The notes beneath the pieces are model-generated. The model saw nothing but the letters and a program-made list of their open reading frames with translations. It was not told the origin of the DNA and searched no databases. DNA of 64,000 bases, from the NCBI GenBank assembly GCA_020184695.1, contig JAANOX010000069.1:124001-188000 (forward strand), written 5' to 3'. This document shows positions 11,780 through 23,612 of this stretch, piece after piece. Source of the DNA: Histomonas meleagridis 2922-C6/04-290x. Lineage: Eukaryota > Protista > Parabasalia. Position 1 is the first letter of the stretch, and each line of letters begins with the position of its first letter. The position numbers and the translations under genes are program-made.

Positions 11780-12109
11780 ATGGAAGCAGCAAACGCGAAC
11801 CAACAACAAGCGCAAGAAAAACAAGCACAGGCAGAAGCACAACGTGCTCAAATGCTTGAACAACTTCTTACATCAGAAGCAAAAGAAAGATTGTCAAGAA
11901 TTAGACTTGTTAAGCCCGAAAAAGTTCGTCAAGTTGAGGATTTGATTTTGATGACAGCACAACAGCACAGATTAGGCGGTCCAATTACTGATGCCCAACT
12001 TTGTCAAATGTTAGAAAGCGTAAGCCAAACGAATAACACAGAAGTTAAAATAGCTCATCGTGGAAAGAAGGACGAGGATGCCTGGGATGATGACGATGAA
12101 GGATGGTAA
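11780..12109 (+). CDS. PDCD5: Programmed cell death 5 / double-stranded DNA-binding protein family
   Basis: LLTSEAKERLSRIRLVKPEKVRQVE...ITDAQLCQMLE matches the family consensus; first ATG at 11780. Confidence 0.9.
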   Translation: MEAANANQQQAQEKQAQAEAQRAQMLEQLLTSEAKERLSRIRLVKPEKVRQVEDLILMTAQQHRLGGPITDAQLCQMLESVSQTNNTEVKIAHRGKKDEDAWDDDDEGW

Positions 12110-12438
12110 ACATAAGTTTATCATGATTTTTTTATTTATTTATTTTATTTTTGCTTTTTTGCATGAAATCAATTTCTTAGCTTGTAATGGGAAAATTTCA
12201 AATTTTATTATTATTTATGCAGCCCATTTTGTGCTTTTGCACGAAATTGTTTTGAATTCCTTGTTGTTTGTCCGTTAACGGTTTATAACCCCAATGCGTT
12301 GCCTAAAACCGATAACAAAAATTGAATCTTAACGTACAATCATTCTGAACTCCTTCGTAATTGAATTGGAAAGTCGTGCTTTTTCACAATGTGATTCAAT
12401 ATTTCAGAACGCCTCAATTTCATTAGATCACAAACACA

Positions 12439-12873
12439 ATGTGTAAAGAAGTAGACGAACAAAAAGAACAACCAAAGAAGGAAAAGAAGCAAGCACCACC
12501 ACCACCAGCAGAAAAACCAGCAGAACAACAAAATCCTCCTGCACCTGAATCAACACCAGCACCTCCTCCTCAAACACCTCCAACTCCTTCTAATCCTCCA
12601 CCATCACCTCCACCTAATGAAGATTCAGAAAAAGAATATTCTTCGTCTTCGTCTTCATCTTCATCCTCAAAGAAGCAATCACCACCATCACCACCACCAG
12701 CTGTTTCAAATCCACCTCCTGCTCAAGCACCACCTCCCGCCCAAGCACCACCACCAGCCCAAGCACCACCAGCTCAACAACCACCACAAAGTGATTCAGA
12801 TTATTACACATCAACAAGTTATGACTCCTATACTTCTGATTATACAGTTTCATATGGTTCATCTTACAGTTAA
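12439..12873 (+). CDS. Pro/Ser-rich low-complexity protein
   Basis: 144-aa ORF with PPPAQA repeats and a Ser tract; elevated GC relative to flanks. Confidence 0.55.
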   Translation: MCKEVDEQKEQPKKEKKQAPPPPAEKPAEQQNPPAPESTPAPPPQTPPTPSNPPPSPPPNEDSEKEYSSSSSSSSSSKKQSPPSPPPAVSNPPPAQAPPPAQAPPPAQAPPAQQPPQSDSDYYTSTSYDSYTSDYTVSYGSSYS

Positions 12874-14302
12874 AGATAAACAAACTAAAACTGAAAATTT
12901 AATAAATAAGAAATGAAATACTTTTTTGATTGATATTAATTTTTTTTAATTAATTTAATTTCTCGAGAAGTATTCCTTTTAAAAACCATGAGCTAATTCT
13001 GAAAATTTTTAAATGATTTTAATTTTACGTTTAATTATTACAAATGTTCTTTGTGAAATTGAAACACCGATCATATAAGAAATATGTAATTCCACAATTT
13101 ATTTTTAACTATGTTTAGATACCTAATAATTTTGGTTTTCTTCCACTGTTGTTTTTTTATAACTTTTTGATAATAAACAAAAAAGCATCCTCAAAATATT
13201 TACGCTTGGATTGAATATAACCGCATATTTTTGCCTTTTGCTTATGTAATTCACAAAAAAATGATATAAATATAATAAATATAATAAAAATCAAATCCAA
13301 GCGTACGACTTTCTTCAACAATCTCTAGCCTTTATATATATAATATGGAGTTATAAATCCTTGAATTGAGTGAGAAAATGTTGAATTATTTTGCCCACCA
13401 AAAAATTTAATATTGATGTTAAACAAACATAAAATATATTATTCTATTCTCCATTAATATCATTAATCTGTAAAATAATTTAATAAATATAATTAACATC
13501 ACTTATTATAAAAGCAAAAGTTTTCCTTTTTGGTGACCGTTAATTTAATTCTCCAAAAAGTTAAAATTTTAGTTCACTACCCCAATAAAAGTTACGTCTA
13601 CAATAATTTTTGTTTTTGCCTAAGTATTGTTGTGTTATAATTTTATTAGAATTCACATACTCATCATTTCTAAATCCATAAGAGAAAAGAACATTAATTT
13701 AATTAACAATTAATTTTAATCAATTTTATAATTTTCCCATTCAATATTTTAACCTGATGTTGAAAAGGACATGCTTTAGAGATATGTTGGAATGACAAAC
13801 TAAATGAAACCCTTGCAAGTTTTAAAAATCCAATTTTATTAATTGCGTAAAATGAAAGACCTTTATGTGATGAAATTCCAATATTACAAGTCAAAAATAG
13901 GGGGTTTAGTTCGATCATTAGTAACTTGCTATCAAATTGATGGGCATATTTCCAATGATATACTATTATAACAGTTCAAAATCCTTTAGCTTACGAAAAA
14001 TATTTCGAGACCATTTGTCTGGTGCTGCGCTTATGGAATTTTATCAACTTGACAATATCAAGAAAAATAAATTTCAAATACATTGTTTAAATCAAATTTT
14101 AGTTTTTCAAATCAAAAAGATAGCTTTTTAATCCATAACTTGAATAGACCCTTGGTTGCTCCGAATAATTTTTCGAAAAATCGTATTTTTTGGAGATTGT
14201 ACCAATTTTTCTGTATGTATTTGGTTAATTCACATCTCCTTCAGAAAACCGTTTTAAATTGAAATGGTCAATACTTAACGTATTCTATCTTTTGACTGCT
14301 TA

Positions 14303-14701
14303 ATGTCAACAGAAACTGTATCTTTCTCCACACTATTCGATCAATATTTGCAAAAATCAGCCCAAACTCTAAGTGAGTATTCAACAATAGTATGTGCAAT
14401 TGCAGGAAAAGAAATGTACTTGGTACCACCTATACCAATTGAAAACAAAAAATTAGAACAAAAAAAAGCCAAAAGCAAAAAGGAAAAGACCACAGGAGAG
14501 GACAAAAAAAAGGATCCCTTATCACAAGAAGAAATTGATGATATAATTATTAAGGCAGCTTCGCGTACATCTCTTGATCTTCACTCAAAATCATTTTTAG
14601 ATAACCTCAAAAAGAAGCTTCCTGGAATATCTAAGAAAGATGTTGAAAAACGAGTTGATGAATTATCTCAGAAAGGAAAACTTAAGAAAAAAGAAAAATA
14701 A
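14303..14701 (+). CDS. Hypothetical Lys-rich protein
   Basis: 132-aa ORF with coding-like composition; no recognised family. Confidence 0.55.
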   Translation: MSTETVSFSTLFDQYLQKSAQTLSEYSTIVCAIAGKEMYLVPPIPIENKKLEQKKAKSKKEKTTGEDKKKDPLSQEEIDDIIIKAASRTSLDLHSKSFLDNLKKKLPGISKKDVEKRVDELSQKGKLKKKEK

Positions 14702-14887
14702 ATCTCATATATTAGCATATGGTTTGTTTTTTTCGTTATTATATATCAATCTTTTCCCCTATCATATCATTATTTATCAATAAATTTTATTTTCTAAAGG
14801 AAAACATGTTGTGGAAGAATTGGATTAGATATTAAAAGCATGAATATGTAACAATGATATGATGGTTTACTTAATAAAATTGGTTGA

Positions 14888-15493
14888 TCAATTCACAGAA
14901 AATATTAGATTTGGATGTCCCTTTGTCAAGCAGACATCAGGGTTTCCTAATATAAGCATTTCTTTTGTGGCCTGGGAAATCATTTTCTTTCTTTCTTGTA
15001 GCCAAATTTTATAATCTAGCTGAAATCTTTCTCTTTCTTTTAAGATTTGAGTTGTTGCCTCTTTGATACTGTTAATTTCATCTATGAGTCCTTTTTCCTT
15101 GTCAGTGATCTGAACTGATGGATTTTTTAAAAATACTTTCATTGGATCAGCGTCACATTCTGGTGAAAAAGAGGGTGATGGTGCTATCTGTATTTTCTTC
15201 TTTATTTTAGATTGATTATATTTTGATGTTGAATGATTTTTTCTTTCCATGCATAAATTCAATCTTTTTTGGTTTTTTGGAGCAGAATGAGGTGAATGTG
15301 GCTCTCTCTGTATCAAGAAGTCATCGAAAGCTTTCCGAGTTGGCGCAGAACTTGGATAGAATGCTGTGATTGTCACGTCATTATTCATTTGTTTTTTGAG
15401 TTCCAATTTCCTGAAACTCCATTTTAAAAAGTTATTTTGTAAATTTGACATCACAAAAATCGAATTCAAAACCGCATAAAGCGTTCTTTGCAT
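14888..15493 (-). CDS. Hypothetical protein with C-terminal coiled coil
   Basis: 201-aa ORF; no recognised family. Confidence 0.55.
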   Translation of the reverse strand: MQRTLYAVLNSIFVMSNLQNNFLKWSFRKLELKKQMNNDVTITAFYPSSAPTRKAFDDFLIQREPHSPHSAPKNQKRLNLCMERKNHSTSKYNQSKIKKKIQIAPSPSFSPECDADPMKVFLKNPSVQITDKEKGLIDEINSIKEATTQILKERERFQLDYKIWLQERKKMISQATKEMLILGNPDVCLTKGHPNLIFSVN

Positions 15494-15968
15494 TCAATTT
15501 AAAAACGTTTTGCACGTACAGGTATTCAAAATGGGCCATATTGAAAAATCTGTAAAATGCTCTGAAAATTTCATATGAAATTATCTCAAAAAGTCGATTA
15601 GGGCCGGATCAGAGCCTTATATCGATTTAATTATTGAATGAGTTTCTGGTAAACCGTTGAAAATATAATTTGGAGACCATATGTAAGATTTTAATGTGGA
15701 TACTGAGTGTTTAAGACCAAAAATGAGAATAAAACGAAATATAAACTTCAACAAAACTAATAAAGATATTTATTTCTTCAGCATATAAAATTCATATAAA
15801 ATTAAAAATTTTATCAGAATTTTTCAAAGTTCACTTATCCTCAAGCGAAAAGTATTCTGAACTGTATGTATTATGTTAGTAATTTTTTAAATTATAGTTT
15901 CAAAAATTGAAATTATACGAAATTTATATTTAACAAAATTTATATCAACATTTCCGTACCTTTGCTAG

Positions 15969-16883
15969 CTACGTTTGTCTCTTTCTAGAGCTTATCCATT
16001 TACACTGTTCAATTGAACTTTCTGTACATCCTTTTGTAAATACTCCGTTCTGATGGACAAGAAGCCGAACTTTGTCGAAGTCAACTCCTTCTAAGTCGCT
16101 TTCAGTGACATATTGGAGGCAATCCTTCGAACCGAGCTCAACAAATCCATGAGATGGGAAATTGCCTTGTTGATGGAAAAGAGATCCATCAATGGTTTTA
16201 ATCCCAAGGAGCCTCGCAAAGATGTTTTTGTCGACTTTTAGAACCTTTTCGTTGACCCATTCGATTCCGACGAATTCAATATAAAATGGGTCATCCTCAA
16301 TGATTTTGAGGGCGTTGTATAGTTTATGGTAAAAGCGAGCGTTTGAGTTGTTCTTTCTTTGGAAAAAATCGGTAACAAGTTCACCAAATGTAAATTGCTT
16401 ATCAGGCCAATATGTATGGGGAATAAAGCCTAAAGCATGCGGGTTGAATTTTACATCAGGGTCTTGGCATATGGATTTGAATTCTTGATCAGCTGAAGAC
16501 AAAACATTTTGAATTTGTGGAACTGGTAATGATTTTTGTCGAATGTTTTGACTTGCCGTGATGATTTTAGCAATTTGGCTTTGTGTAAATAAATTCAATA
16601 TGTTAATTTGTTGCAATTGTGATGGAGTTGATGGAGTTCTTCGATGATGAGTTGTAGCTTGTTGTGTAAGTATTTCGGAAATTTGTGGGTTCAGTGGAGA
16701 GTCATTTATTTCAGGTGGTGGAGATTGTACATTGTTTTTGTTATTAATGTTTTCGAAATCATTTATAAAATTAAAAGGAGATGATGGTTCATTAAACGTA
16801 AAACTTTCATTGTTTGATGTATTTTCAGGGTTTGGAGAATTCCAGCCAAATCCAAATTCATCATTATCAAAACTAAATTGCAT
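15969..16883 (-). CDS. Initiator-binding domain (IBD, IBP39-like) transcription factor
   Basis: RFYHKLYNALKI...VGIEWV...IFARLLGIKT...GFVEL resembles the parabasalid IBD winged-helix domain. Confidence 0.75.
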   Translation of the reverse strand: MQFSFDNDEFGFGWNSPNPENTSNNESFTFNEPSSPFNFINDFENINNKNNVQSPPPEINDSPLNPQISEILTQQATTHHRRTPSTPSQLQQINILNLFTQSQIAKIITASQNIRQKSLPVPQIQNVLSSADQEFKSICQDPDVKFNPHALGFIPHTYWPDKQFTFGELVTDFFQRKNNSNARFYHKLYNALKIIEDDPFYIEFVGIEWVNEKVLKVDKNIFARLLGIKTIDGSLFHQQGNFPSHGFVELGSKDCLQYVTESDLEGVDFDKVRLLVHQNGVFTKGCTESSIEQCKWISSRKRQT

Positions 16884-16949
16884 AAAAATTTTATCAAAAA
16901 ACGTTTATTCTAATAAACGGTCGACACAAAATAGCTTTTAAACTTTTTT

Positions 16950-17261
16950 AGAGTTACTCAAACTTCAAATCCTGCAATATTTTTTCAACGATAATTTTAT
17001 GTTAATAATGACATCGGTAGGAAATTACAAAAATACCCTCATTATGAAATTTTGACTGTTTAATCTTTCCAAATTCGATATGATTTTTACCATACTTTTT
17101 CGGGAATTTTGGAATATTTCCTATATAGTAATATTGTATGTTAGATATGTTTATTTTCTAAACAATTATCTTGTATTATTTTTATTAAAATTTTTGAAAA
17201 AAAGTGAAAATACATGAAAAAAACAACTTCTCCAGCATTTATGCAAATGCAACTTTCTATA
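16950..17261 (+). repeat. Dispersed ~300-bp non-coding repeat, copy 1
   Basis: Aligns by eye with 51781..52068 (e.g. AATCCTGCAATATTTTTTCAACGATAATTTTATGTTAA and ATTACAAAAATACCCTC shared); this copy has a ~20-nt insertion. Confidence 0.85.
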
Positions 17262-17749
17262 GTAGTGAAACGCTTGTCAATAGTGATTCTTTTTTAGCTT
17301 TTCTATCATGATTATATAGTCATTCTTGAACCATTTGGATTCTTCGACAGATGATGGATCTCTTGACCCTATTTCAATAGAATCTTCATTCAATTGTTGC
17401 ATGATTTTTTGTAAGTACGATCCTTACTAATAGCAAAATCTGAGCTCTTTATGGAGATCCCTAATTTTCTTAATAATTCCACTAGTCATTTTTATTACTC
17501 CGTTGAACAGCACTGAGTGATATGCTCTTGAAAACTATCCTTAAAAGTTCACCAACGGTGGTGTAACTTTTAATGAAAATTATAATTTTCAAAAATAAAA
17601 GAAAAGATCAAAAACATGAGGTGATAGATACTTTCCCAAATGGGCATCAGATGTAAAAATTGTTCATTAAATCATGCATACTGTGATTTAACATAATGTT
17701 ATCTCTATGTTAAAATTTGCTTTAAAAATAATTTAAATTATTTACATAT

Positions 17750-18650
17750 TTAAATATGATGAAAATATTTATCATCATCGAAATCTTTAGCTAATGGATC
17801 TTCTTCTGTATTAGTTGGCGTTAATCCTACTGAAAAATTGTCAATTGATGAAACTTCTGTTTCTTTTATATCGTCACATTCATTTTCTAGCGAAGTATTT
17901 TTTTGATGTTTATGATGAATATAAATAAATAAAATTATAAGAATTATTATAACTATAGATATTACAATGGATATACAAATAATAATAATAATATATTTTG
18001 TTTCGTTATTGTCTTGTATGTCTTTTTCATCATATTGAAAAATAGTATAAAATTCGGAATATTCTTTTACATATGTTGTAAGATTAAATTGAACTGGTGA
18101 TGATTCACAGATATTTTCATATAATATTTTACCAATAACTTTATAACTAATAATTTCTGTAACATAATTATTATCTGCAATTCGTCCATAACCATCAGAG
18201 TTTCCATAAAAATAACCAACAGCATCATGACCTAACAAAACGCCATAACCAAGAACAACATATTGTAAAACGCGTTGAACTGTTTCACAATACGGTTGGT
18301 AATTAGGTCCACCATCTTATCCATAATACTATAACAATAATATCATAATTTATCATACTTTTTAAACTCATTGAATCAAAATCACTACTTGATAAAGGAG
18401 TAACACATATAATTTCTTCTTGTGTATCGAAATTCCTTCCTAAACCTTCAAAACTATAATTTACACCATTATCTATATAATAACCTCCTTCAATCCAAAG
18501 TTTAAGAATAGCTGAAAGTGGAAGTGTTTTTTGTTGCTTGTGAGTTATATATGAAATTAACTTTTTTATCAGTAAATGGATATACATTAAGTACTTTGAT
18601 TTTAGTAGTATTAAGGTTAAATAAACTGATTGATTTCCAATTGGATCCAT
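17750..18650 (-). pseudogene. Frameshifted type I membrane surface-protein gene
   Basis: Two adjacent ORFs (18303..18650, 17750..18238) in different frames; the second has an Ile-rich TM and the acidic tail EEDPLAKDFDDDKY. Confidence 0.6.
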
Positions 18651-20193
18651 TTCTTTGTGAGTAAACTATTTATGCTAAATCTTGACTTGTCTGAAATCCT
18701 GTCCAGTTCAGCAAAATATGATTATTTTTGTATTTTACGTTGAGATCAATTTCATTTGCATTAATAAAAATCAAAAAAATTAAAAGACGGTCAGAAGTTA
18801 ATCAGAGTTTTGGATTAATTTGTTAAATGAACAAAAAACATAAATTGCATGAGGAACGACCTTCTATGATGAAATGCCTACTCCTGCTGAATTTTTCTAA
18901 ATCACAGATAAGGTAATCACCATCTTTAAAGAAATTCCGAGAATTTCGTACAAAAATGTTTAACATCAGATTTCACAGGTGTATAACAAACTTTAATCAA
19001 ATATTTAATTTGCATAATATATTACAATAATTTAATAAATAATCGATAAATACCAATAATTTAACGACTGTTGTATAAATTTAATTAAAACCTTATAATG
19101 TACTTATTTTGATATTAAAAAAAAAAAAATCACTACTATTATTATCTGAATAAATTTTAATCAACTTTAAATAACAACATTTGTTCATAAAATGAAGCGA
19201 ATTACTATAAGCAATCCTTCATAATATAAAAATTTCATCATACCTGAATTATCAAAAATATGAGAAATCTTTAAATATTATATATATTTTTCTTCTTATA
19301 TTTATGTTTCGGCATTTTTATAAAATCATTGATATTAGAGTTAAATTATTTTTTAATATATATTGAATATCGATATCAGATAAATAATTTATTTATGTAT
19401 CTTCTTAAATATTTAGTTTTTAAATGTATAATGTAATATGGTTTAACAAAATGGTGAATTTTACATTAAAAATTTGCTTTTTCATCATATCTTTGGTGAT
19501 TTGAACAAATGAAAAAATTATGAAAGAGATTAATTATTTATTTAGTCATTGACCAATGATATGTTTTCACAACAAACACATGGACTGCACTAAAAGACGT
19601 TCAAAAAAATCAGCCAAAAAAGTGGACAATTTTTAATGTCCAATGGAGAACTATTCGTGGCCTGCATTGTAAAATTACTTTTCGTTTTTTTATGTGCGAT
19701 GAATTCATAATTAATTATCGAACATTTACAAAAATTCATGGAATCAGAACTATATCTTACATTACTCTAAAAATAAGCATTGTAAAATATTGATATTTCC
19801 TAATTTTTATTAAGGAGTTATAGCCTATAGGCTTTCATGGGTGCAAATATTAGTAAAGTTAATATATATTAACATTGAAAATCAAAATATTTTTTATATG
19901 AAACTTAGAATCAAAAATTGTAGAAGTTAGTGAAAGATTCTATATATCAGTAACTTGTATACCATATCCTTATTATTTTCAAGTGTTGACAAAATTTTAA
20001 CGTTGGGAATGACAGGTGATCTGACCAAACCGCCAAATAATTATCGGCTGTGTGAATTTTTGATAGAAATTCTGGTTGGTTCAATTTTTCTTTGACGGCT
20101 ATTGATTTGCCAACGGTTACTGTTAATTAAGTGATCCAGTCAAACTAAATTGAAGTATCGGTCAAAAATTTTAAAACGATTGAACACATCATT

Positions 20194-20198
20194 TCACT
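20194..20198 (+). promoter_or_regulatory. Parabasalid initiator (Inr) TCACT upstream of ATG 20204
   Basis: Matches the TCAY(T/A) Inr consensus just upstream of the start codon; the same motif lies at 63281-63285 before ATG 63289. Confidence 0.5.
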
Positions 20199-20203
20199 TT
20201 ATT

Positions 20204-21280
20204 ATGTTCGGCTTCGGAATGGGAATGCCTGGCATGGGCGGCATGGGCATGAGCGGCGGCCCAAACGGAATGTCAGCAGGATTCAATGTTGGCGGAATGT
20301 CCATGGGAATGAGTGCCAAAATTGGAGGAACAAGATCAGCACCAACCCTTTCTGTTGATATGGGTTCAATGGGCATGGGCTTCAGTGCAAAAGATATTCC
20401 ACTTTGTACACATGATGTTCATCCAGGAAACTGGCGCCAAAACTTATATGAATGCAGAACATGCAACAAGAAAATCTGCGAAAACTGTGCTAGGAATTGC
20501 CATGACGGACATGATGTTGTCTTTTATTGCAAAGAGGAAGTCTTTGAATGCGCATGTGATAATCAACAAAAGTGCACTCTTATCGACCATGAAAATCATG
20601 AATCACACGCTGTCCCAGAAAGCCAAGTTCCACCTGAACCAGAAGTTCACGCTGTTATGGCAAAGGGACCAGACGGCAAACCAAGATTAGAACTCGATCC
20701 ACTCCACTCACTCACAATTGATGAAGCTGCTAAGGCTCACAACAGGAATCCACCAACATCCATCACTGTTGGTTGTGGATGGCTCACCAAGACTGATCTT
20801 GATACACAAATTGTTGCTTACGACAAAGACTTAAAAATCCTTGGCTCAGTTTCCTTCCGCAACAAGGACGCATTTGCTGGCGCTCTCCATCACTTTGGTG
20901 ACAATCGTCAAGGAAGCACCGAAACTAATCAAGATGCTGAAAAAATCAAAATCGACCTCTCCAAGATGCCAGCGAACGTCAAGTCACTTGCTATCTCTAT
21001 CACTTCATTCGGTGGCCTTCCATTTACCGCTGTTAGCAAGGCATACATGAGACTTACTGATTCATCTGATAATTTCGAACTTATGTATTTGGAATTATCA
21101 GCTAAGGAAAAGAAGACTGCATTGTTCTTCGCTCTTCTCTACCGTGGCGATGATGGAAAGTGGGAACTTCTTCCTGCTATTAAATACTTCGATGCAAAGA
21201 CACCTGAACAATCATTTGCATTCACAAGTGATTACATCAAGAAGGAAAACTTCATCCAAAGAATGCATGGAAACAAGTAA
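20204..21280 (+). CDS. Gly/Met-rich N-terminus + UBR-type zinc finger + TerD domain protein
   Basis: C...QNLYECRTC...CENCARNCHDGH...FECAC (UBR-box pattern), followed by TDLD...VSFRN...HHFGDNRQG...DAEKIKIDLSKMP...AYMRL (TerD). First ATG at 20204. Confidence 0.8.
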   Translation: MFGFGMGMPGMGGMGMSGGPNGMSAGFNVGGMSMGMSAKIGGTRSAPTLSVDMGSMGMGFSAKDIPLCTHDVHPGNWRQNLYECRTCNKKICENCARNCHDGHDVVFYCKEEVFECACDNQQKCTLIDHENHESHAVPESQVPPEPEVHAVMAKGPDGKPRLELDPLHSLTIDEAAKAHNRNPPTSITVGCGWLTKTDLDTQIVAYDKDLKILGSVSFRNKDAFAGALHHFGDNRQGSTETNQDAEKIKIDLSKMPANVKSLAISITSFGGLPFTAVSKAYMRLTDSSDNFELMYLELSAKEKKTALFFALLYRGDDGKWELLPAIKYFDAKTPEQSFAFTSDYIKKENFIQRMHGNK

Positions 21281-21475
21281 GCATTTTGCTTAAAGATTCC
21301 AAACATTAATTTTTATTTTTTGTTTTCTTTTGTGCTGGAGCAAATTGTTGATTATCTTGCGAAGATATGCTGATAGTTATTTGATAAATGTTTGGAATGA
21401 ATTTTAAATTTATTTCGTTTGGAGGACGTTTATTTATAGCGGCCGTTAATGTAAATGTTTTTATAACGTATTTAA

Positions 21476-23092
21476 ATGGAAAGATATGATTTTGGTGATA
21501 GAGATAATAAAACAAATACCCAATCTCCTTCAGTTTCGCAACGAATCAATCAAAATCAGCTTACAGAAAAGACATCTTTTAAAATGGAGCCAACACCAAT
21601 TGATCCCATGTTAGATGAAAAAGCTAATCAGCTAGAATCTGAAATGCATCAGCAAGATACGCTAATAAGATCGCTTATTGAAAATCTCAAACATGTTGAA
21701 CGATCCCAAATCCCTAGTATAACATCTTCCATTCAAAACATCAGAAATTCTCTTGAAAGGATTCTTTCATCTGAACTTCCGAATGCGGTTAAGCCCGTAG
21801 AAGATGATGTATCTCGAGTTAAACAAAAATTTGAAAAATTTTCATCTGAAACACAAACTAAAATTCAATCTTTCCATGAAAAACTTGATGACATTTCAAT
21901 ATCACTACAACAATCCATCACCAGATATAATGATTTAACATCATTCACACAAACATCTGTTACTAATATTGAGACTGATTTACAACATTCTAAAGAAGCA
22001 TTAGACAACGCAAGTAAGAGACTTCATCTTCTTGAATCCAATCTTTCCAAAGCTGACTCTGTCTTACGTTCCCTTAAAAGCGACGTGCAAAATCTTTCGA
22101 AAGCATTTTCAGACAAACTCTCTCAATTTGTAAATGAATGCACAAATTCATTTAACAATGTTTCTTCACGTCTTAACTCGGCACTTAAATCGGAAGCTAT
22201 TGTCCGATCCAAATCTATTTATCAAGTTCAACAACAAATCCAAGAAGTCATCAAAAACGCAACTGATTCCACAACAAAGATTCAGAATTTCATAACAACG
22301 TTACGAAATCAATACCAACAAGTATTAACATCTTTAACACGCGCATCGAAAGAAGGCTTAACAACATGTTCAACAACGTATACAAACAATTTCAAAGAAA
22401 TCGATGATCGAATCAATCAGTTTATTAGTGATAGTAACAAACAATTTAAACAGCTTGAAAGTGATATCTCATCCACAATACAAGCGTTACATCAATATAT
22501 AATCACAGCGCGCCAAGAACTCGAAACGACAATTTCGAACATTTCGAACTCGCGAATAAATTCCGAAACGGAAATTGTCGAAAGATATGATCAACTTAAG
22601 ACGAACATAACGAATCAATTAAAGAGTCAAACAGATTATATGGAGAACATTATCAATAAAACGATTGAAGAAAACGAAGAAAAATGCAAAAACGAAATTA
22701 TAAACATAAAAAACGAAATTAAAAATATTAATAATCAATTCGATAAAATTAATGAAATAGAAAATCATTTACAAATTATTATCGATAACGCAAAAAATAC
22801 TTATGAACAATTAACTCAACAAGCAACTGCTTTAAATACGAAATATATAAATTTGTTGAATGATTTGGACAATGTAAATGCGCAATTTAAGCAGAAAAAA
22901 AATGAAATAGAAATGAAATTCGAGGAAATTGAAAATGACGAAAAGAATACAAATTATACAACTAAATATCAGCTGGACGAAGTCGTGAAGAGAACAGAAG
23001 AATTGTTCGATACTAAAATGAATGAAATTGAGAAACAAATTACCGAAATATTTCGAAGTATTACAAAATTGACTTTGAATAATGGAACTTGA
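21476..23092 (+). CDS. Long coiled-coil protein (possible cytoskeletal fibre component)
   Basis: 538-aa ORF with heptad-rich composition. Confidence 0.75.
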   Translation: MERYDFGDRDNKTNTQSPSVSQRINQNQLTEKTSFKMEPTPIDPMLDEKANQLESEMHQQDTLIRSLIENLKHVERSQIPSITSSIQNIRNSLERILSSELPNAVKPVEDDVSRVKQKFEKFSSETQTKIQSFHEKLDDISISLQQSITRYNDLTSFTQTSVTNIETDLQHSKEALDNASKRLHLLESNLSKADSVLRSLKSDVQNLSKAFSDKLSQFVNECTNSFNNVSSRLNSALKSEAIVRSKSIYQVQQQIQEVIKNATDSTTKIQNFITTLRNQYQQVLTSLTRASKEGLTTCSTTYTNNFKEIDDRINQFISDSNKQFKQLESDISSTIQALHQYIITARQELETTISNISNSRINSETEIVERYDQLKTNITNQLKSQTDYMENIINKTIEENEEKCKNEIINIKNEIKNINNQFDKINEIENHLQIIIDNAKNTYEQLTQQATALNTKYINLLNDLDNVNAQFKQKKNEIEMKFEEIENDEKNTNYTTKYQLDEVVKRTEELFDTKMNEIEKQITEIFRSITKLTLNNGT

Positions 23093-23612
23093 TAAATAAT
23101 AAAAATTGTTTGGTTTTCGAATAATAAGTTTTGTTTTATTTTAGAATTTTCTGATTTTTTTTAAATATTATCAATTTGGCATTTTCATAATTTTAAATAC
23201 AATTGATGTCATACGAAAATTAGTTATCTTATGATAAGTAATATTGATATAAAAGTTAAAGTTAATGAAATTCATTTTAAATGATTTGATTGTTTTTTAA
23301 TATTTTTGTAAATTATTGTTTTATACATCTGCATATACCTTGATTTCCATTTAAATATTATTGTTGTTATGTTCATTAATGCGGGAAATGATTTTGTATT
23401 CTGGACATCCAAATTGAACAATTTTTTTCATTTTGAAATAAATTGCTCTCAATGGCTGATAAAGCAAAGAAAAAGCCACGTGTAAATCATAGAAATAGCA
23501 CAAAGTTATTTTGCGATCGTTTATTGACACAAATAACTTCCTGACAAAGATGAACAGTTACATCCATTCAAAAACGGTGGTTTTTGATCAATAACCGTCG
23601 GAAGTTCATAAA

